Of a stretch of 63,126 nucleotides of DNA, positions 56,845 to 63,126 are shown one piece after another. The notes under the pieces are model-generated. The model was not told where the DNA came from and ran no database searches. It saw only the letters and a list, made by a program, of their open reading frames with translations. The position numbers were made by a program, and so were the translations under genes. Each line of letters starts with the position of its first letter. Positions within the stretch are counted from its first letter, which is position 1. The DNA is from an uncultured Muribaculaceae bacterium (GTDB taxonomy: Bacteria; Bacillota_I; Bacilli_A; RF39; UBA660), in NCBI GenBank assembly GCA_964616495.1, contig CAZTRF010000001.1, forward strand, positions 3,759-66,884, read 5' to 3'.

Positions 56845-58089
56845 ATGTTAGCAAAACCAAAAGGAACTTACGATGTTTATGGAGAATATGGGAAAAAGGT
56901 CAAATTCATTGAAAATTATCTTGGATCTTTTATAGAGACTTATAATTATGAATATGTTAGAACTCCCATATTTGAAAGCAGTGATTTATTTCATCGAAAT
57001 ATAGGAGAAACTACCGATATAGTTACCAAAGAAACCTACAACTTTAAAGATCGAGGAGACAGAGATTTAACTCTTAGGCCAGAAGGAACAGCAGGAGTAG
57101 CTAGAATGATATTAGAAAACAAGCTATCATTAAGTATTCCACTTCCTTTAAAATATTGGTATTATGGTCCTAACTATCGTTATGAAAGACCACAAAGCGG
57201 TCGATTTAGAGAATTTTATCAATTTGGAATAGAAACATATGGTAGTGTTGATCCGGCCATGGATGCAGAAATTATTAGTTTAGGATATCAACTATTTAAT
57301 GGCTTAGGACTTGATAATGTTAAAGTATGTTTAAATACATTAGGTAATCAAAAATCTAGAGACATGTATCGTAGTGCTCTAATAGAATATTTTAAAGATA
57401 AATTAGGAAATTTATGTGAAGATTGCCAAGAAAGATATTTAAAAAATCCTTTAAGAATATTAGATTGTAAAGTAGATGCAGAGTCAGAAATAATTACGAA
57501 TGCTCCTAAAACAGTTGATTATTTAGACGAAGAAAGTAAATTATTTTTTGAAAAAATTAAAACTTATTTGGATGATTTAGACATTAACTATGAAATAGAT
57601 ACCAATATTGTTAGAGGTCTTGATTATTATACTCATACCATATTTGAATATAAAGATGCATCAAATGTTACTATTGGTGGTGGTGGAAGATATGATAACC
57701 TATTGGAAAATATTGGAGGCCCTAGCACTCCAGCCATCGGAATGGCCGTAGGTATTGAAAGATTAATTACTTCTTTAGAAGAAAATGATATTAACATTGA
57801 TTTTAAATCCGATTTAGATTGCTTTATTATGTATGTTAATGAAGAAGAAAAAGAACAAGCGTTAGTCCTTTTACAAGAATTAAGATTAAATGGGTTTAAA
57901 ACTGATATGGAATATACTGCTAGATCATTAAAAGCTCAGTTTAAACAAGGGGATAGATTTAATGCTAAATTATTTATTATTATAAATAGTGAGGATTTAA
58001 GTATGGTAACAGTTAAAGACACTGTTACTAAAGAAGAAACAAAAGTAAAATTAACCGAATTGGTTTCTTACTTAGATATGAATATATAG
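56845..58089 (+). CDS. hisS: Histidine--tRNA ligase
   Basis: MLAKPKGTYD..., class II motifs (RPEGTA, FREFYQFG, GGGGRYD). ATG 56845 follows an AGGAGG RBS. The upstream extension to 56782 in the ORF track runs through the T-box. Confidence 0.95.
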   Translation: MLAKPKGTYDVYGEYGKKVKFIENYLGSFIETYNYEYVRTPIFESSDLFHRNIGETTDIVTKETYNFKDRGDRDLTLRPEGTAGVARMILENKLSLSIPLPLKYWYYGPNYRYERPQSGRFREFYQFGIETYGSVDPAMDAEIISLGYQLFNGLGLDNVKVCLNTLGNQKSRDMYRSALIEYFKDKLGNLCEDCQERYLKNPLRILDCKVDAESEIITNAPKTVDYLDEESKLFFEKIKTYLDDLDINYEIDTNIVRGLDYYTHTIFEYKDASNVTIGGGGRYDNLLENIGGPSTPAIGMAVGIERLITSLEENDINIDFKSDLDCFIMYVNEEEKEQALVLLQELRLNGFKTDMEYTARSLKAQFKQGDRFNAKLFIIINSEDLSMVTVKDTVTKEETKVKLTELVSYLDMNI

Positions 58090-58097
58090 GAGGAAAT

Positions 58098-59849
58098 ATG
58101 AAAAAATATAAAAATGGTTTATTTACAGCAAAAGATATTAATAAAGAGGTTGAACTTTTTGGGTGGGTTCATAAAGAAAGAAAATTAGGAGGAATGATTT
58201 TTATTCTTCTTAGAGATAAAAGTGGATTAGTTCAACTAGTATTTAATGATCAAACTGATAAAAACATATTTAAAATAGCCGAAACTTTAAAAAATGAATA
58301 TTGTATTAGAGTAGAAGGAAAAATTATTGCTCGTACTCCTGACATGATTAATAAGACCATGCCAACAGGTAAAATAGAAGTTGAGGTTAAAAAATTAGAA
58401 ATATTAAGTGAGAGCATTCCTCTTCCTTTTAACATTTTTGAAGAAACTGATGCCAATGAAAATATTGGCTTAAAATATCGTTATTTACAACTAAGAAAGC
58501 CTAAATATCAAGAAATATTAAAATTAAGACATAATGTATGTAGAGCTATTAGAGAGTATTTAGACAACGAATTTGTTGAAGTAGAAACACCTATTTTATG
58601 TAAAAGTACTCCTGAAGGAGCTAGAGATTACGTTGTACCATCTAGATTAAATAAAGGATCTTTTTATGCACTTCCTCAAAGCCCCCAAATATTTAAACAA
58701 TTATTAATGGTTGGCGGATTAGAAAAATATTATCAAATAGCAAAATGTTTTAGAGATGAGGATTTAAGGGCCGACCGCCAACCGGAATTTACTCAAATAG
58801 ATATTGAAATGAGCTTTGCTAATGAAGAAGACGTTTGGGAAATGGCCGAAGGAATGTTAAAGCATGTTGTTAAAAAAATTAAAAATATTGAATTGCCAAA
58901 ATTTCCAAGAATGAAATATGAAGAGGCTATGGAAAAATATGGCACTGATAAACCCGATACCCGTTTTGAACTATTATTAAATGACATAACCAATATTATA
59001 GATAAAACTAAAATGGAAATGTTCCAAAATATTATTGATAATAATGGGATTATTAAATGCTTTGTAGTAAACGATGGAGCATCAAAATATAGTCGTAATG
59101 AATTAGACCATTTAACTACTTTTGTCAAAAACTTAGAAGCTAAAGGATTAATATGGCTAAAGTATGAAAATGATACATTTAATGGGTCAATTGTCAAAAA
59201 CATTGAAGCCGAAAAATTAGAAGCTTTAAAAAATAAATTAAATATTCAAAATGGAGATTTAATTTTAATGGTGGCTGATAAAAAGAAAATAGTTAATATG
59301 GCTCTAGGACAATTAAGAAATAAAATTGGTAAAGATTTAGGTCTAATAGATATAAATAAATTAAATTTTTTATGGATTACTGACTTCCCAATGTTTGAAT
59401 ATTCTGAAACTGAAAACAGATGGATGGCTGCTCATCACCCTTTCACAATGCCTAATGATGTAAAATTAATGAAAGATCCTGAACATTGTTATGCTCGTAG
59501 TTATGATATTGTCATTAATGGTTATGAGCTAGCTAGCGGAAGTGTAAGAATTCATGATTCTAAAATTCAATCAGAAGTATTTGATGCTTTAGGGATAAGT
59601 AAAGAAGAAGCTAAAAACAAATTTGGTTTCTTTGTAGAAGCCTTTACTTATGGAGCTCCTCCTCATGCTGGTATTGCTCCCGGAATTGATCGTTTAGTTA
59701 TGATATTGGCTGGCACTGATAATATTAAAGATGTTATCGCTTTCCCAAAAACTCAAAGTGCTTCAGATTTAATGAATGAATGTCCTAATAGTATAAGTGA
59801 AAAACAATTAAAAGAATTAGGAATAAAGGTAATTAATAATGGAGAGTAA
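58098..59849 (+). CDS. aspS: Aspartate--tRNA ligase (probably non-discriminating; coupled to gatCAB)
   Basis: OB-fold N-domain, then QSPQIFKQLLM, FRDEDLRADRQPEFTQID, GSVRIH and the GIAPGIDRLVM motifs. Confidence 0.95.
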   Translation: MKKYKNGLFTAKDINKEVELFGWVHKERKLGGMIFILLRDKSGLVQLVFNDQTDKNIFKIAETLKNEYCIRVEGKIIARTPDMINKTMPTGKIEVEVKKLEILSESIPLPFNIFEETDANENIGLKYRYLQLRKPKYQEILKLRHNVCRAIREYLDNEFVEVETPILCKSTPEGARDYVVPSRLNKGSFYALPQSPQIFKQLLMVGGLEKYYQIAKCFRDEDLRADRQPEFTQIDIEMSFANEEDVWEMAEGMLKHVVKKIKNIELPKFPRMKYEEAMEKYGTDKPDTRFELLLNDITNIIDKTKMEMFQNIIDNNGIIKCFVVNDGASKYSRNELDHLTTFVKNLEAKGLIWLKYENDTFNGSIVKNIEAEKLEALKNKLNIQNGDLILMVADKKKIVNMALGQLRNKIGKDLGLIDINKLNFLWITDFPMFEYSETENRWMAAHHPFTMPNDVKLMKDPEHCYARSYDIVINGYELASGSVRIHDSKIQSEVFDALGISKEEAKNKFGFFVEAFTYGAPPHAGIAPGIDRLVMILAGTDNIKDVIAFPKTQSASDLMNECPNSISEKQLKELGIKVINNGE

Positions 59850-60144
59850 GTTTACAAAGGAAAAAATCAATGATTTGGCAGATAAACTATTAATTGGCTT
59901 ATCTCCTTTAGAAAATGATTTAGTTTTAAATGAATTTGAATTTATTAAAGAAGAAATGGATATCATTAATAATATTCCTAATATTAATAAAATTGAACCA
60001 ATGACTCATCCTTTTCCAGTAGAAGTATCTCTTAGAGAAGATATACCATTAGAGAGTGAGACCATTAATAATATTCTAGCTAATTGTGATTTATATGATG
60101 AAAGAGAAATAGAAGTACCAAAGGTGGTGGGTAATGAAAATTAA
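59839..60144 (+). CDS. gatC: Asp/Glu-tRNA amidotransferase subunit C
   Basis: About 100 aa, with the ...IEPMTHPF... motif. It overlaps aspS by 11 nt and gatA by 11 nt. Confidence 0.85.
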   Translation: MESKFTKEKINDLADKLLIGLSPLENDLVLNEFEFIKEEMDIINNIPNINKIEPMTHPFPVEVSLREDIPLESETINNILANCDLYDEREIEVPKVVGNEN

Positions 60145-61576
60145 TATTTTAGAAACTCATAATTTATTAAAAGAAAATAAATTAAATAGTGGTACCTTAG
60201 TCAAAGAATCTTTAAATAAGGCTCATAAAAGCCAACTAAATGCTTTCGTAACTATTTGTGATGAAGAAAAAGAAGCAAAAATAGCCGATAATCCTTTAAG
60301 TGGTATTCCTTGTGCTATAAAAGATAATTTCTCAACTAAAGGCATATTATCTACCGGTTCATCTAATACCCTTAAAGATTATATTCCTTTCTTTGATGCT
60401 ACTTGCGTTAAAAAGCTAAAAGATGCTGGAGCCGTTATTATCGGTAAAACCGTCTTAGATGAACTAGGAATGGGTGGAACTGGGACTACTGGCCATACTG
60501 GAGTTGTTTTAAATCCTTGGGATAATAAAAGAATATGTGGTGGATCTAGTGCAGGAAGTGCAGCTGCTGTTGCTAGTGGTATTATTTCATATGCCATAGG
60601 AAGCGACACTGGAGATTCAGTTCGTAAACCAGCAGCATTTTGTGGAATAGTAGGTTACAAACCAACCTATGGGATGATTAGCAGATATGGGTTATATCCT
60701 TTTGCATGTTCGTTAGATCATGTTGGAGTATTAACCAGAAATGTTTATGATGCCGGTTTAGTTACTAATCAAATTAAAGGTTTAGATAAATTAGATATGA
60801 CTACTTTTGATAGTGGCAATATTAATTTAACTCTTAATATAGACAAAGATGTAACAGGCAAAAAGTTATGTTATATCAAAGAAATTTGTAATATAGAAAA
60901 CTATTCTAATCCTAGTAAAGAATTAAAAGAAATCCTAAATATATTTAAAGAAACCGTTGATAAAATCAAATCTTTAGGCATTAAAGTAGAAGAAGTTTCA
61001 TTTGATAAAGAACTTCTTAATGCTATATATCCTACATATTTATGTATTTCATGTGCTGAAGCTACCAGCAATTACTCTAATCTAACTGGTATTAGTTTTG
61101 GACCTCGAGGAGAAGGCAAAACAATTAACGAAATGATAAAGGATCATCGTACTAAAGGTTTTTCAACCTTAATCAAAAGAAGATTTATTATCGGCTCATA
61201 TGTGTTACAAAAAGAAAATCAAGAAAAGTATTTTGTTAATGCTCAAAGAGCTCGAAGACTAATAGTTGATGAAGCAAATAAATTGCTAAGTAAATATGAT
61301 GGCTTAATTCTTCCTTGTAGTGGGAAAATAGCTCCTTTAATTAATGAAACTGATGAGATAATTACTCCAGAAGGTCAAATATTAGAAAATCATTTAGCAA
61401 TAGCTAATTTTGGAGGAATGCCTAGTATTACTATTCCTAATGGTAAGGTATCAGACATGCCTATTGGGATTAACATTACTGGCAAGATTAAAGATGATGC
61501 CAATATTTTAAATATAGCCAATAAAATTGAAAGTATTTTAGAATATAAAAATCAAATAGCAGGGGAGGAAAGATAA
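60134..61576 (+). CDS. gatA: Asp/Glu-tRNA amidotransferase subunit A (amidase signature)
   Basis: Amidase signature GGSSAGSAAAVASG...GSDTGDSVRKPAAFCG, plus KDNF.TKG. Confidence 0.95.
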   Translation: MKINILETHNLLKENKLNSGTLVKESLNKAHKSQLNAFVTICDEEKEAKIADNPLSGIPCAIKDNFSTKGILSTGSSNTLKDYIPFFDATCVKKLKDAGAVIIGKTVLDELGMGGTGTTGHTGVVLNPWDNKRICGGSSAGSAAAVASGIISYAIGSDTGDSVRKPAAFCGIVGYKPTYGMISRYGLYPFACSLDHVGVLTRNVYDAGLVTNQIKGLDKLDMTTFDSGNINLTLNIDKDVTGKKLCYIKEICNIENYSNPSKELKEILNIFKETVDKIKSLGIKVEEVSFDKELLNAIYPTYLCISCAEATSNYSNLTGISFGPRGEGKTINEMIKDHRTKGFSTLIKRRFIIGSYVLQKENQEKYFVNAQRARRLIVDEANKLLSKYDGLILPCSGKIAPLINETDEIITPEGQILENHLAIANFGGMPSITIPNGKVSDMPIGINITGKIKDDANILNIANKIESILEYKNQIAGEER

Positions 61577-63006
61577 TGAAATATCAAACTGTTGTCGGAT
61601 TAGAACTTCACTGTGAACTGAATACTCAATCGAAAGTATTTTCTAGCGCCAAAAATAATTATGATTCAATTCCTAATTCGAATGTTCTACCACTTGATAT
61701 GGCCTTTCCAGGTAATTTACCAGTAGTCAATAAAGAAGCAGTTAAAAAAGCTTTAAAAATGGCAATGTGCTTAAATTGTAAAATACCCAAAGAATTAACT
61801 TTTGATCGTAAAAATTATTACTATCCAGATCTTCCTAAAGGCTACCAGATTACTCAAACCCACAATCCTGTAGGAACTAGCGGAAAACTATTAATTGATG
61901 TTAATGAACACGATGAAGAAATTTTAATTCATGATATTCATTTAGAAGAAGATACCGCTTCACTAGATCACCTTTATGATTATTCATTAATTGATTACAA
62001 TCGAAGTGGAGTTCCTTTAGTTGAAATAGTTACTGACCCATGTATATATAGTGCTGAAGCAGCTATTAGTTTCCTAGAAACCTTAGTTGGAATTTTTAAA
62101 TATTGCGATATATCTGAAGCGGACACTAAAAAAGGCCAAATCAGATGTGATGTTAACGTTAATTTAAAAGATCCTACAAATAATAAGTATCTAACCCCTA
62201 AAGTAGAAATTAAAAACATTAATTCATTTTCCAATGTAGCAAGTGCTATCAATTATGAAGTTAAAAGACAAACTGAAGCTTTAGAAAACAATAATAAAGA
62301 TAGTTTAGTCCAAGAAACCAGAAGATATGACGAAGCTACTGATACAACTATTAGTATGAGAGTAAAAGTTGAAAGTGTTGATTATAAATATTTTATTGAA
62401 CCAAATATTCCTATAATCAAAATTGATGACAATTGGATAGAAAGCATTAAAAAGGAAATACCTAGACTGGCCCTAGAAAGAAAAAAGAAATATATAAAAG
62501 ACTATAATTTAAGCCATTATGATGCTTCTATTATTGTAAAAGATATTAATATTTCTAACTATTTTGAAGAATGCATAAGTTTAGGAATAGATCCTAAACT
62601 ATCATCTAATTGGATTACTTCTGAAATACTAGGAATTTTAAACAAAGAGAATTTAAAAATTAAAGACTTTTTTATTACTCCTAATATGTTATTTCAAATA
62701 TTAGATAAAATGAATAAAGGGGAGATATCTTCTAAACAAGCAAAAGAAATATTTAATAAAGTTTTAAGCGATAAAGTTTCTCCTAATAATTTACTATCTG
62801 GTTATAGACAAATATCTGATGAGGGGGAATTAGTAGTTATTATTAAAAACATCTTAGATAATAACAAAAATTTAATTGAAGAATATAAAAATGGCAAGAA
62901 CAATGTCTTTGACTACTTTGTTGGTCAAATCATGAAAGAAACTAAAGGAAAAGCAAATCCTGTTCTTACAAAAGATTTATTAATGAAAAAAATTAAAGAA
63001 AGATAA
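61576..63006 (+). CDS. gatB: Asp/Glu-tRNA amidotransferase subunit B
   Basis: VVGLELHCEL, DRKNYYYPDLPKGYQITQ, HLEEDTA, NRSGVPLVEIVT, and a C-terminal YqeY-like tail ending GKANP. Confidence 0.95.
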   Translation: MKYQTVVGLELHCELNTQSKVFSSAKNNYDSIPNSNVLPLDMAFPGNLPVVNKEAVKKALKMAMCLNCKIPKELTFDRKNYYYPDLPKGYQITQTHNPVGTSGKLLIDVNEHDEEILIHDIHLEEDTASLDHLYDYSLIDYNRSGVPLVEIVTDPCIYSAEAAISFLETLVGIFKYCDISEADTKKGQIRCDVNVNLKDPTNNKYLTPKVEIKNINSFSNVASAINYEVKRQTEALENNNKDSLVQETRRYDEATDTTISMRVKVESVDYKYFIEPNIPIIKIDDNWIESIKKEIPRLALERKKKYIKDYNLSHYDASIIVKDINISNYFEECISLGIDPKLSSNWITSEILGILNKENLKIKDFFITPNMLFQILDKMNKGEISSKQAKEIFNKVLSDKVSPNNLLSGYRQISDEGELVVIIKNILDNNKNLIEEYKNGKNNVFDYFVGQIMKETKGKANPVLTKDLLMKKIKER

Positions 63007-63059
63007 TGAAAATTATCTTTTTTTGTGATATATTAGAAGTAATATAAAGGATGATAAAA

Positions 63060-63126
63060 ATGAAAAAAGGATTTACCTTAATTGAAATGATTGCAACAAT
63101 AGTGATAATTTCAATAGTCAGTATTG
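63060..63126 (+). CDS. Type IV pilin/competence pseudopilin, N-terminal fragment (continues beyond window)
   Basis: MKKGFTLIEMIATIVIISIVSI... carries the class III signal (KKG|FTLIEM) with the conserved Glu at +5. An AAGGATGA RBS is present. Confidence 0.75.
   Translation, partial: MKKGFTLIEMIATIVIISIVSI

Overview
The window is a very AT-rich chromosomal segment from a low-GC Bacillota (Firmicutes) genome. It uses the standard genetic code, with TGA as a stop, and almost all genes sit on the + strand. All homology calls rest on motifs read by eye and recalled from memory; no searches were run.

The backbone follows Bacillus-like housekeeping synteny:
- radC-mreC-mreD-spoIVFA-like-spoIVFB-like-rplU-prp-rpmA ... 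obg
- ruvA-ruvB ... queA ... tgt
- yrzE-like, DUF421, spoVB-like, comN-like, relA, dtd, T-box-hisS-aspS-gatCAB
- the start of a type IV pilin/pseudopilin gene at the window end

Accessory blocks interrupt this backbone:
1. About 19 kb lies between rpmA and obg. It holds an ABC-F ATPase and a tightly packed 8-gene operon. The operon contains a divergent tgt paralog translationally coupled to an ArmA/Rmt-like 16S rRNA m7G1405 methyltransferase, a sugar-type ABC importer, a PHP phosphatase and an APH-fold kinase. The block also carries a truncated RelA/SpoT paralog behind a leader-ORF/terminator, an S51 peptidase, an XRE regulator, an acyl-AMP ligase, a hybrid histidine kinase with an Hpt-REC partner, and a decayed AAA ATPase pseudogene.
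2. A Tad-type (CpaE/CpaF/TadB/TadC) core has no visible pilin or prepilin peptidase. It is followed by a glycine-rich surface-protein cassette bracketed by a 98-bp direct duplication of the lgt 5' end.
3. Between ruvB and queA sit a double-length ThyX-like gene and an adjacent membrane-anchored cohesin protein plus a 1548-aa dockerin protein.
4. queA is embedded in its own 4-gene operon. The partners are a PghP/FGase-like hydrolase, a second copy of that hydrolase fused to the QueA C-terminus, a GS-fold amidoligase and a RimK ATP-grasp ligase. A second giant glycine-rich protein follows before tgt.

Paralog pairs recur across the window: tgt x2, RSH x2 with complementary dead domains, hydrolase domain x2, Gly-rich protein x2 and zinc-ribbon membrane protein x2. 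No rRNA, tRNA, CRISPR, transposase or integrase was seen.
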